This document shows, in pieces, positions 43,727-54,964 of a stretch of 64,000 bases of DNA (position 1 is its first letter; each line of letters opens with the position of its first letter). The stretch is from Desulfobaccales bacterium (GTDB taxonomy: Bacteria > Desulfobacterota > Desulfobaccia > Desulfobaccales > 0-14-0-80-60-11). A program made the translations under genes and the position numbers. The DNA lies in contig JBKQLU010000044.1 of the NCBI GenBank assembly GCA_052326585.1, forward strand, positions 9,299 through 73,298, read 5' to 3'. The notes beneath the pieces were generated by a model that saw nothing but the letters and a program-made list of their open reading frames with translations, had not been told where the DNA came from and ran no database searches.

Positions 43727-44449
43727 ATGAAAAAGATGGTTTTCTGTATTGGGTTCCTCGCCGCTGCACTGGCGTTGAAACTGGCCTTTGTCTCACCGGC
43801 GCATGCGTCCAACTTGGTCTACAACGGCGACTTTGACAATATCGGCAACGTGTGGGTAAACAATACCGGGCTCGGGTCGGACGATTTGCATTACTCCAGC
43901 GCCACTAACATCCCGGGTTGGACAAATGTTCCGGGCTTTGCCAACGAGTTCTGGTTTAATGGGTCCTCGAACAGCTACTCCCTCACAGCAAGTCCTGGAA
44001 ACGGCAGCGTATATGGCGTAGACCTCACCGGACAAGCTAACAGCAAGCCCTACGGCGGTATCGAGCAGGCCATTTCGACGACACCTGGCGTTACGTACGT
44101 GCTGACCTTCGACCTTGGCGCCTCGACAGAATGGAATGGCACGGGGTTCGCCGCCGCCGCCCTCACCGCAAGCGCTACAGGCAGTATCCTGGATGCCTCG
44201 CAACTGTCCACGCTGGTTCCGACCGCCCTCAATCAATGGCAATCGGAGTCGCTAACATTCACGGCGGACAGCAGCGCGACCACAATCGAGTTCTTAGCCG
44301 ACTCGGACTACACCTCCGAGTACACCGGGCTGGACAATGTCAGTGTTAGTCCGCAGGGAGCAGTCGTTCCCGAACCCTGCACCATGCTCCTTTTAGGCTC
44401 TGGTCTGGCTGGGCTTGCAGCACTCAGAAAGAAATTCAAGAACGCTTAA
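43727..44449 (+). CDS. Secreted PEP-CTERM protein with a DUF642 / choice-of-anchor-C-like domain
   Basis: Signal peptide (MKKMVFCIGFLAAALALKLAFVSPAHA), SNLVYNGDFDN...GW start typical of DUF642, and C-terminal VPEPCTMLLLGSGLAGLAALRKKFK. Confidence 0.8.
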   Translation: MKKMVFCIGFLAAALALKLAFVSPAHASNLVYNGDFDNIGNVWVNNTGLGSDDLHYSSATNIPGWTNVPGFANEFWFNGSSNSYSLTASPGNGSVYGVDLTGQANSKPYGGIEQAISTTPGVTYVLTFDLGASTEWNGTGFAAAALTASATGSILDASQLSTLVPTALNQWQSESLTFTADSSATTIEFLADSDYTSEYTGLDNVSVSPQGAVVPEPCTMLLLGSGLAGLAALRKKFKNA

Positions 44450-44477
44450 CAGCATGTGCATAGAGTGATGTCTACGG

Positions 44478-44508
44478 GGCAGGGTCAGTTTAAGCGGCTC
44501 TGCCTTTT
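44478..44508 (+). terminator. Terminator after the first PEP-CTERM gene
   Basis: GGCAGGGTCAGTTTAAGCGGCTCTGCC plus TTTTAT. The U-tract is weaker. Confidence 0.45.
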
Positions 44509-44513
44509 ATGCT

Positions 44514-45002
44514 TTGGTGGGTTATATAGCATCAGATGTGATCTCGGTCATCGCACTAATTTCAATTAACAGCAACTTCACCGAGGTGAATACCTTTACG
44601 ATCAACGGCACCGCCTCCCAATATGTGGTCTTCAACATCCCCGACACCGGTGGACATGGATTCAACGGCAGTATCGTCCTCACAGGCGGGATCACCGCCG
44701 ACCACGTCCTGTTCAACTTTGACGCCGGCAACTACACAACCCTGTCCGGCGGGCAAACCTTGACGATCAGCACTAACGGCAATACAATCACAGGAATATT
44801 TCTGGACCCCAACGGGAATATCAGTATTGACAACTCGGTGATCGATGGGCGCGTCATTGGAGGAGATACCCAAGACTTCCAATTTGTCTCGGGCGCAGAA
44901 TTGTTCGCTCCTCCATCTACAGTTCCTCTGCCGTCCGCGGGGTTACTGTTCGGCAGTGGACTCCTGAGCCTGGTGGGACTTGGCTGGAGAAGGAAGAAAT
45001 AG
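44514..45002 (+). pseudogene. 5'-truncated PEP-CTERM protein (C-terminal part of a choice-of-anchor-A-like beta-helical domain)
   Basis: The ORF opens only 9 nt after the preceding terminator, uses TTG, and has no signal peptide. The body (VVFNIPDTGGHGFNGSIVLTGGITADHVLFNF...GIFLDPNGNISIDNSVIDGRVIGG) and tail (VPLPSAGLLFGSGLLSLVGLGWRRKK) are intact. Confidence 0.5.
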
Positions 45003-45036
45003 CTACTAAGCATATTTAATTCAACGGCTATGCCAG

Positions 45037-45066
45037 GGCGGGGCCATTGATGGCCCTGCCTTTTTT
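45037..45066 (+). terminator. Rho-independent terminator (PEP-CTERM family type)
   Basis: GGGCGGGGCCATTGATGGCCCTGCC plus TTTTTT. Confidence 0.65.
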
Positions 45067-45098
45067 GTTGCCGACTTAAAAATAAAAAAAGTTGATAG

Positions 45099-45150
45099 CT
45101 TGCCAGGAGTTGCGATTATCAATTGAGTGGGTAAAAATGTAGATATGGCT
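45099..45150 (+). repeat. CTTGCCAG box, copy C (more diverged)
   Basis: CTTGCCAGGAGTTGCGATTATCAATTGAGTGGGTAAAAATGTAGATATGGCT. Confidence 0.6.
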
Positions 45151-45285
45151 TAGATATATGGAGAGTTATTCGGCGGCGGTATCTCCAGTCAAGGCGAGGC
45201 CCCGATGCTCGGTTATTTTTAGATGATTAGATGTCCACTTTGGGTAGCAACCGTGTATATTTAAGAAATATAAGGAGATCGTCAC

Positions 45286-46173
45286 ATGATCCAACCGCGT
45301 AAGGGTGGGAAAAAGCAGAATTTCTCATCTTCCTGGTTGGCCAATGTCGTTAAAGAATTCTGCGCCACCTCTCCCGAAAACACCCTGAACCATGGTACCG
45401 GTGAACGGGCCTGGGAGGAGCCGCTGGTCGGCTTCTCTAATGGGGCCGACCCCCTCTATCTCCGCATCAAAGAGGATATCGGCCCGTTTTACCTCACTCC
45501 CATTGAGATCTTCCGGCAAGCCTTTCCTCAGGCCCAAACTCGTCCCGAAGACCTCACCGTGGTCTGCTGGATTTTGCCGCAAACTGCGGCCACCAAGGCG
45601 GACAATCAGCAAGAGAACACTTACCCGGCGGAGCGCTGGATCAGGACGCGGCATTTCGGCGAGATGTTCAATACAATACTACGCCGGCACGTGGTGGCGA
45701 CCCTGCAAAACGCCGGATTTGGCGCGATATCGCCGGTGGATGCGCCTTTCTGGTCGCGAGAAGTATCGCCGCGTTACGGCCTCGCCTCCCGCTGGTCCAT
45801 GCGGCATGCCGCACATATTTCCGGCCTGGGAACTTTTGGGCTCTGCGATGGACTTATCACTCCCCGGGGCAAGGCCGTGCGCGTCGGCTCGGTGGTGGCC
45901 AGGATTCCTATCCCGCCAACGGTCAGGCCATATACGGATCATCATGAATATTGTCTCCATTTTTCCCAAAACACTTGCAGGAAATGCATGAAGCGCTGTC
46001 CTGCCGGGGCGATTACGGAAGCCGGCCACGACAAAGACAAATGCCGGGATCATCTCCTTGAGGTGGGGGCGCACTATGGCAGGAAGGGCTTTCACTTTGA
46101 ACGCTATGGTTGTGGCCTCTGCCAAACCGGGGTGCCTTGTGAGTCCCGCATCCCGGTGAGAGAACGGGCTTAG
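45286..46173 (+). CDS. QueG-like / reductive-dehalogenase-related 4Fe-4S protein
   Basis: The C-terminal part carries two ferredoxin-type motifs (CRKCMKRCPAGAI ... CGLCQTGVPCE). The N-terminal domain resembles the DUF1730/QueG fold region. Confidence 0.55.
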   Translation: MIQPRKGGKKQNFSSSWLANVVKEFCATSPENTLNHGTGERAWEEPLVGFSNGADPLYLRIKEDIGPFYLTPIEIFRQAFPQAQTRPEDLTVVCWILPQTAATKADNQQENTYPAERWIRTRHFGEMFNTILRRHVVATLQNAGFGAISPVDAPFWSREVSPRYGLASRWSMRHAAHISGLGTFGLCDGLITPRGKAVRVGSVVARIPIPPTVRPYTDHHEYCLHFSQNTCRKCMKRCPAGAITEAGHDKDKCRDHLLEVGAHYGRKGFHFERYGCGLCQTGVPCESRIPVRERA

Positions 46174-46376
46174 TCTGGGAGCTGGCCGACGGCGAAAGGA
46201 TGGTGTCATGATTTTGGGATCAGTATAGCTATCTTCGGCGTCAGGCTTGAGATAGAAGTCGTACGGGAATCTGGTGGGCTTTTGGCCCGGTCTGGCTATT
46301 GGTCTTGGCTGGTTTCTTGAACACTTCAGGAGCTGTCTTCCTTGTTGATTCCTTATGCAGATAAGATTGCAGCTCC

Positions 46377-46405
46377 TTGACATCTAATGGATAGTGATTA
46401 TTAAT
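46377..46405 (+). promoter_or_regulatory. Sigma70 promoter of the Fur-family gene (TTGACA, 17 nt, ATTAAT)
   Basis: Hexamers read directly from the sequence. It overlaps the ORF-track start codon at 46394, which is therefore unlikely to be used. Confidence 0.55.
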
Positions 46406-46432
46406 ACAAAAAAAGTATCCGGAAGGATTTTT

Positions 46433-49082
<2,650 letters not shown>

Positions 49083-49254
49083 TCGTGGCATAAACGTCTT
49101 CGAGGGCTTCTGAAGCGTATTCTAAACTGCAAATCGGATGATCAGAAAGCGATAACCCCCACGAGCTGACGGATGTTTTCAACGATCAACGGAGGCTATA
49201 GCAACATATGAAGATGGTGTTTCAATATAGTCCCTCGCTGGCTCGCCCCTGTAA

Positions 49255-49431
49255 ATGCTGGCGGGCCAGGAGGGGCTTACCCTGTTAAAAATAGATTACT
49301 ATTATGTTGGCAAATGGGAGGTGAACGTCTCATCCGCGCCCCTATCATCCGTGCCCCGACCGGGTAGCGCGACGCTTCTATTTAGCGGCCTCCTGGGCCT
49401 GGCTGGTTGGAGGAGGTTCAGGAAGAGTTAA
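49255..49431 (+). pseudogene. Orphan PEP-CTERM tail fragment (58-codon ORF)
   Basis: My own translation gives MLAGQEGLTLLKIDYYYVGKWEVNVSSAPLSSVPRPGSATLLFSGLLGLAGWRRFRKS*. There is no signal peptide or domain body. Confidence 0.5.
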
Positions 49432-49460
49432 TCAGCCATTCCATTTCACGGACAAACCAA

Positions 49461-49490
49461 GGCAGTGTCAGTCATGGCTCTGCCTTTTTT
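49461..49490 (+). terminator. Rho-independent terminator (PEP-CTERM family type)
   Basis: GGCAGTGTCAGTCATGGCTCTGCC plus TTTTTT. Confidence 0.6.
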
Positions 49491-49515
49491 ATGGCCGCGT
49501 AAAAATGGTAAGTAA

Positions 49516-49550
49516 CTTGCCAGGATCAGCAATTATCAGTGGGAGGAAAC
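49516..49550 (+). repeat. CTTGCCAG box, copy D (3' part diverged)
   Basis: CTTGCCAGGATCAGCAATTATCAGTGGGAGGAAAC. Confidence 0.6.
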
Positions 49551-50008
49551 GACGGGGTTTGAGCCGTTCTTCCTTCCTTACACGAGCAGCCCAAGCAGCT
49601 ATGGAGCAGGAAAGCCGCAATTCCGCAACATAAGCTATGGCATAGACCCGAATAGCAACGAACCTATGGCGGCCTTTAAGCATCCCCAACTGGAATTGTA
49701 TTGTCTCCTGGGGGTAATTCTCGAATAGGTCAGACCCATTATCATCGGACATTGCCTTAGGCCAGCGCTAAGTCTCCCTTATGGCAAGTTAGTCGCTACT
49801 CTCGAATACCACACGCCACGTAGAGATCATTTGGCTGATAACCAGCCACCAGGCCCGGAGGTGGTAGGCCCATGTAGCCCCGGCTTTTCCTCTGGCTCAC
49901 CATGACCGGGCGGTGCCGGTCCGGGGTCCTTAAGCTCCAGGTGAGGTATCCAGAGACTGAGGAGTAGATATGCCAAAATTTTTGAAAAAATTATTCCCGG
50001 CTGGTCGG

Positions 50009-50070
50009 TTGACAAATTCCTTGAAATTTGTGCTATTATGCCTTCCACGAGGCAATTTGGCTACAAAAGC
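50009..50070 (+). promoter_or_regulatory. Promoter (TTGACA ... extended -10 TGcTATTAT) plus conserved initial transcribed segment, copy 2
   Basis: GAAATTTGTGCTATTATGCCTTCCACGAGGCAATTTGGCTACAAAAGC resembles 35836-35881. The ATG at 50038 lies inside the -10 region. Confidence 0.45.
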
Positions 50071-50148
50071 GGAAGCTTGCTGAAGTTAACCTCGGTGAAA
50101 AGGGTCTTTAAGATCACTTTTCGACGGTGGCGGTCAGAAGAGCAAATT

Positions 50149-51543
50149 ATGGTCCAGCGCTGTTTGATCGTTGCTGATGACCTGACCGGCGGGGCGGACA
50201 CAGGGGTCCAATTCTCCCAAAGAGGTCCCCGAACATTTTTTCTAATATCTGCAAACCTCACCAATCTCGATTTCCCCAAATACAGCCACAGTGACATCCT
50301 GGTCGTCAACACCGGTTCAAGAGGCCTGCGGCCCGGGAAGGCCTTCTCGGCTGTGGCGTCCGTCATGAGCACTTACGACAAGGCACTCTTCCCCATCATC
50401 TACAAGAAGATAGATTCGACCCTCAGAGGAAACATCGGGTATGAAATCGACGCCATACTGGAGAAAACGGGAATTCCAATGGCCTTCGTTGCTCCATCCC
50501 TGCCCGAGCAGAACCGGACCCTGGTCGGGGGCATCATGATGGTCGCCGGAAAGCCCGTCGCCTTGACGGAAATGGCCTGTGATGCTGTTTCTCCTGTCAG
50601 GGAGTCCCATATTTGCACGCTGATCCAGCGGCAATCCCGCCATCGCGTGGCCTTGATCGAACTCACCCAGGTGGCATCGGGTTGCAGACAGCTTAAGCAA
50701 GCCGTGCTGAAAGAAAAGAAAAAGGGGGCTCAGATCATCATCTTCGATGCAACCAGGCGCGCTGACCTGGCCCATGTTGCTGAAGTGGCCTTCAATTTGG
50801 ACAGGGTTCCCTTGCTCGTCGGTTCTGCCGGGCTGGGCGAGGAAGTGGCAAAGCAGATATGCTCGTCAGCCCAGGGCGGCTTCTTGCCATCTTGTGCGCC
50901 GGCAAAAGGGCCTTTCAGCCATTTTTTCATCATCAGCGGCAGCGCCTCCAGCGTCACTCACCAGCAACTGGAAGAGCTCGAAAAGAGCCTGGGGATCAGG
51001 TCCTTCGAGTTGGATCGATCCATTCTTTTGAGTGATAACTACAAAAGAGAAGAATACCAGAAGGACCTCTGCGGCCAGATAGCAGAGACACTCAGGCAAG
51101 GCCACGCTATCCTCAAGGTCTATTGCGGCGGGATTTCTGCAAGCGGTCCCCTTCGTCCTCCCATTCACGTCCGCATTACCCGTTTGTTGGGTTCCATTGC
51201 GTCGGCGGTGCTCCAACAATTTGCGGAAACCCTCAACGTGGATGGGCTGGCAGTGGTTTTGACCGGTGGCGAAACCGCGCTAAGCGTCCTGAATTCCCTT
51301 GGGGTCAAAGGGGTTGAAATCGATCGTGAACTAATAGGCGGGGTCGTGATAAGCAGAGTGCAGGATGGGATGATGGCAGGCCTTGCCGTGATTACCAAAG
51401 CCGGGGCCTTTGGAGCGAAGGACACACTGGAAAAAATCATAGAGATTGTCGGGACCGGACCTCACCGAGGGAATGCTTCGGGAGAAATGAGTAGTGAGGG
51501 GGTCTCCCGCACAATCGTAACGCCAGGGAGGATCGTTCTATGA
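50149..51543 (+). CDS. Four-carbon acid sugar kinase family protein (DUF1537; OtnK/DtnK-like)
   Basis: MVQRCLIVADDLTGGADTGVQF..., YKKIDSTLRGNIG, and the C-terminal nucleotide-binding half (LTGGETA). I chose the start at 50149. Confidence 0.8.
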   Translation: MVQRCLIVADDLTGGADTGVQFSQRGPRTFFLISANLTNLDFPKYSHSDILVVNTGSRGLRPGKAFSAVASVMSTYDKALFPIIYKKIDSTLRGNIGYEIDAILEKTGIPMAFVAPSLPEQNRTLVGGIMMVAGKPVALTEMACDAVSPVRESHICTLIQRQSRHRVALIELTQVASGCRQLKQAVLKEKKKGAQIIIFDATRRADLAHVAEVAFNLDRVPLLVGSAGLGEEVAKQICSSAQGGFLPSCAPAKGPFSHFFIISGSASSVTHQQLEELEKSLGIRSFELDRSILLSDNYKREEYQKDLCGQIAETLRQGHAILKVYCGGISASGPLRPPIHVRITRLLGSIASAVLQQFAETLNVDGLAVVLTGGETALSVLNSLGVKGVEIDRELIGGVVISRVQDGMMAGLAVITKAGAFGAKDTLEKIIEIVGTGPHRGNASGEMSSEGVSRTIVTPGRIVL

Positions 51544-52814
51544 CGCACCAGCACATCTTACTTCCGTACGGGAAAAAAACGGTCAAAGTGGCCATCCCCT
51601 CGGATAATCTGCTGGGAGTCTATTCCCCAAAGGACATTCCGGCCGTTGCGGACGTGAAGGGTGAAATCGTGCGGGCGCTGGCCCAGCCGATCCAATCCGA
51701 TTCATTGCGGGAGCTCGTCGCGGGGAAGAGAAAGGTGGTGATCGTAGCTGATGACAATACCCGATGCACGCCCGCGGATATCATCACGCCCCTTCTCCTG
51801 GACGAGTTCAATGCAGCAGGCGTCCCAGACGCCAATATTTCGATCGTCATCGCTCTCGGAACCCATCGGTTCATGACCGCGGAGGAGATTGTCCAAAAGT
51901 TCGGCAAGGAGGCCGTAAGCCGGGTGGCCATTAAGAATCACCCCTTTAGAGACCCCGGGGCCCATGTCGACGTTGGCACAACCGAAAACGGAGGAAGAAT
52001 CCAGGTCAATCGGGAAGTCTTTGAAGCTGACTTCAAAATTGGCATTGGCAGCATCGTACCGCATCATATCTGTGGCTTTTCAGGCGGAGCCAAAATCATC
52101 CAGCCAGGGGTCTCCGGCGAATCAACCACTGCCTATACGCACCTGCTCTCCGTCCGCGCCCCGCGTTCCTATCTGGGCATTCTGGACAATCCCGTGCGCA
52201 CGGAGATGGACGCTATTGCCCGCAGAGTAGGTCTCCACACCATACTGAACACGGTTCTGAACCGCCATGGACAGGTGGTCGGGGCCTTTTTCGGCGATGT
52301 GGAAGCAGCCTTTCGCGCCGGCGTCAAGCAGGCCTTGGCAATCTACGCGGTTGAGCTTCCTCAAGAAGCCGACGTGGTTCTTGCCAGCTCTTATCCTTGC
52401 GACCTCGATTTCTGGCAGGCGCACAAGACCCAGTATCCATCGGACCTGGCGGTCAAAGCGGGGGGCATCGTCATCATTCTCACCCCCTGTCAGGAAGGCA
52501 TCTCTCAGATTCACCGCGACATCCTCGATATCACCTGTCATTCCTCGACTCGGCTCCGAGACCTGGTTGCCTCCGGGCAGCTTGGCGATGAAGTGGCGGC
52601 GGCACTGGCAATCGCCTGGGCTCAGGTGAAAGAGCGCGAAGAGGTATTTTTCGTCTCGGATGGCATCTCAGCCTTGGAAGCGGGCAAACTGGGATTCACA
52701 CCCTTTGCGGACGTCCAATTGGCAGTCGATGAAGCACTGAAACGTATGGGGCCTGATGCCAAGGTGGCGGTCCTGACACATGCGCCGGATATGTTGCCAG
52801 TAATCAGACCCTAA
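51540..52814 (+). CDS. LarA-family (nickel-pincer cofactor dependent) 2-hydroxyacid racemase/epimerase homolog
   Basis: 424 aa: VVIVADDNTRCTP, ALGTHR, IVPHHICGFSGGAKIIQPG (with the Lys of GGxK present). The ATGA overlap with the kinase stop indicates translational coupling. Confidence 0.8.
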   Translation: MTHQHILLPYGKKTVKVAIPSDNLLGVYSPKDIPAVADVKGEIVRALAQPIQSDSLRELVAGKRKVVIVADDNTRCTPADIITPLLLDEFNAAGVPDANISIVIALGTHRFMTAEEIVQKFGKEAVSRVAIKNHPFRDPGAHVDVGTTENGGRIQVNREVFEADFKIGIGSIVPHHICGFSGGAKIIQPGVSGESTTAYTHLLSVRAPRSYLGILDNPVRTEMDAIARRVGLHTILNTVLNRHGQVVGAFFGDVEAAFRAGVKQALAIYAVELPQEADVVLASSYPCDLDFWQAHKTQYPSDLAVKAGGIVIILTPCQEGISQIHRDILDITCHSSTRLRDLVASGQLGDEVAAALAIAWAQVKEREEVFFVSDGISALEAGKLGFTPFADVQLAVDEALKRMGPDAKVAVLTHAPDMLPVIRP

Positions 52815-52905
52815 ACGGGGGTGCTGAAGCACTCTGTAGAACTGCACAACTCATGGCTGTTCAGACAAGACCTGCAGCGAATAAACACTAAAGGGAGGTC
52901 GTAAA

Positions 52906-54225
52906 ATGGCGACTACAACATTTTCCGAAGAAAAATTAATCCGCCGGGTACAGTGGAAAATAGTGCCTTATGTTATGGTTCTTTATATCATTTGCATTCT
53001 GGACCGTGTGAATGTAGGATTTGCGGCTTTGCAGATGAACAAGGCACTTGGCATTGCTGCCACTGTGTTTGGTTTGAGCGCAGGTATTTTTTTCATCGGC
53101 TATTTCCTTTTCGAGGTTCCAAGTAATGTCATTCTGCACAAGGTTGGCGCCAAGAAATGGATCTCAAGAATTCTATTGAGCTGGGGCGTAGTTGCAATCC
53201 TCACAGGTTTCGTTAACTCAGCACTCCAGCTCATCATTCTCAGATTTCTGCTTGGATTTGCTGAAGCCGGGTTTTATCCCGGTATCATTCTTTATTTGAC
53301 ATTTTGGTTTCCGTCCAAGCACCTGGGTAAAACAGTGTCCTATCTGGTTGTCGGCATGGCTTTGGGCAACATTATTGCAGGACCAATTTCCGGCTGGATC
53401 ATGGATCATGTGCACTGGCTTGGTATCGACGGCTGGCGCTGGCTGTTCATAATCGAAGGCATACCCGCCATACTGTTTGGCATTGTTAATATTTTTGTCA
53501 TGGTTGATCGGCCGGAACAGGCCAAATTTATGACCGAAGAAGAAAAAAGCTGGCTGGTGACTCAACTGAAACGAGAGCATGAAGCAAAAAAGGATAGACT
53601 GCAAATCTCCAAATGGGCTGTATTCGGACATGGTCGTATTTGGCATCTAGCGTTCTGTTATGTTTGTTATTGCATGGCACTGTATGGACTGGGATTTTGG
53701 ATGCCTCAAATTCTTAAGTCACTTTCCAAGCTCCTGACTAATACGCAGATTGGGCTCATTTCCACAGTACCTTACATTTGTGCTGTTATTGTTATGTTGT
53801 TGGTAGCAAGACACTCTGACAAGACGTTGGAACGACGCTATCACGTCGCCGCTTCACTTGCACTGCCATTCTTCGGTTACATCGGCCTTAATATGACGGG
53901 CAACCTCTGGTTATCCCTGTTTTTTATTTGTCTAATCGCGATAGGAGTCTATTCATTCGTAGGAACTTTCTGGACATTGCCTGCTCTCTTCTTAACAGAA
54001 GCATCGGCGGCAGTGGGCATAGGCATCATCAATTCCACCGGTAATCTAGGCGGCTTTATCGGACCCTATGCTGTGGGCTTTATCAAGGACCTTACCGGCG
54101 GTTCGACCGCAGGCGGAATGTATTTCCTGGCAATTTTTGCCATACTTGGTGCTGTCGCAGTGTTACTCATACCGGCAAAAGAAGCTGACACCAGATCTCT
54201 AATAGCTGCAGCCAAGGGTGACTGA
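52906..54225 (+). CDS. MFS transporter, anion:cation symporter (ACS; tartrate/galactonate/phthalate-type) subfamily
   Basis: 439 aa, 12 TM. DRVNVGFAALQM after TM1 is typical of the ACS subfamily. G+C is lower, by eye. Confidence 0.75.
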   Translation: MATTTFSEEKLIRRVQWKIVPYVMVLYIICILDRVNVGFAALQMNKALGIAATVFGLSAGIFFIGYFLFEVPSNVILHKVGAKKWISRILLSWGVVAILTGFVNSALQLIILRFLLGFAEAGFYPGIILYLTFWFPSKHLGKTVSYLVVGMALGNIIAGPISGWIMDHVHWLGIDGWRWLFIIEGIPAILFGIVNIFVMVDRPEQAKFMTEEEKSWLVTQLKREHEAKKDRLQISKWAVFGHGRIWHLAFCYVCYCMALYGLGFWMPQILKSLSKLLTNTQIGLISTVPYICAVIVMLLVARHSDKTLERRYHVAASLALPFFGYIGLNMTGNLWLSLFFICLIAIGVYSFVGTFWTLPALFLTEASAAVGIGIINSTGNLGGFIGPYAVGFIKDLTGGSTAGGMYFLAIFAILGAVAVLLIPAKEADTRSLIAAAKGD

Positions 54226-54249
54226 GCCACTGCCTGGGCAGCATTTGGC

Positions 54250-54566
54250 GAGCACCAGGAAAGCACCCCACCCAGGGTTGATAAACGAAATGGCCTGACC
54301 GCGATCTGGCGGCGGGCGGCCCGGGTCCGCGAGGTCAACAGCCTCACCTGGGAAGAGGTAGATTTCCAGCGCCGGCAGGTGCGCCTCTGGACCCGTAAGA
54401 AACGGGGCGGACCTAAGACTCCGCGCTTGGTCCCATGAATGACCGGACCTTCCAGGCTCTAAAGCCGGCTCAATGGCGCCGGCAGCCTGGTTCGCCTTAC
54501 GTCTTCCCATGCCGCCGCGGACTATCCCAGCAGCACTTCTCGCAGCATATAATCGAGGCCGGCTAA
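54250..54566 (+). pseudogene. Tyrosine recombinase (phage-integrase family) fragment, frameshifted and 3'-truncated
   Basis: Frame A gives ...LTAIWRRAARVREVNSLTWEEVDFQRRQVRLWTRKKRGGPKTPRLVP*. The frame then shifts near 54436 to MNDRTFQALKPAQWRRQPGSPYVFPCRRGLSQQHF...*. The catalytic H-x-x-R...Y half is absent. Confidence 0.6.
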
Positions 54567-54663
54567 GAGACTTACGCCAAGGCTCCCCGAGTTTCATGGC
54601 ATCTGAGACGAAAAATATGGGGCCTGGAGGAGGATTAAATTTTAACACCATAATATCTTCAAT

Positions 54664-54787
54664 CTTCCATGATCCTTGCCAGTTAGCTTAGCAAGCCTGT
54701 GGCAGATCTTTTATGATGAGCCTAATTTTTTGTTAAAATTTCATTCAAGAGGTTGACGGATTTAAACCTCATGCATATTGTAAATAT
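54664..54787 (+). repeat. Conserved upstream region of the riboswitch loci, copy 2
   Basis: CCTTGCCAGTTAGCTTAGCAAGCCTGTGGCAGATCTTTTATGATGAGC...TTGACG, 17 nt, TATTGT. Aligns with 43355-43480. Confidence 0.6.
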
Positions 54788-54885
54788 ACCGCAAGGCCAA
54801 ACCTGCCGCGAGGTAGGGGCGGAAAGCCACGGGTCTCCGATTAAAGAGATAGCCGGGTTGCCGGGAGGCAATCCGGTTTTTTTTT
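54788..54885 (+). promoter_or_regulatory. c-di-GMP-I (GEMM-I) riboswitch, copy 2, with overlapping terminator
   Basis: GGCCAAACCTGCC-GCGA-GGTAGGGGCGGAAAGCCACGGGTCTC...AGCCGGGTTGCC. CCGGGTTGCC (54853-62) can instead pair with GGCAATCCGG (54867-76), followed by T9. Confidence 0.8.
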
Positions 54886-54964
54886 GTTTGGGAAGAATAA
54901 GAGCAATGGCTAAAGGGATTTAACTTCAGACAGACGGATCCGGACAACAAGAAAAGGAGGGGAT

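Noticed and set aside
46394-46432. ORF-track start codons at 46394 (Fur-family gene) and 50038 (kinase gene)
   Set aside because: Both fall inside the predicted -10 regions of their own promoters. Downstream in-frame starts (46433/46463 and 50149) fit the protein families better.
49489-49752. 87-aa ORF on the - strand
   Set aside because: It overlaps box D and the terminator region, and has no RBS and no recognisable family. It is probably non-coding.
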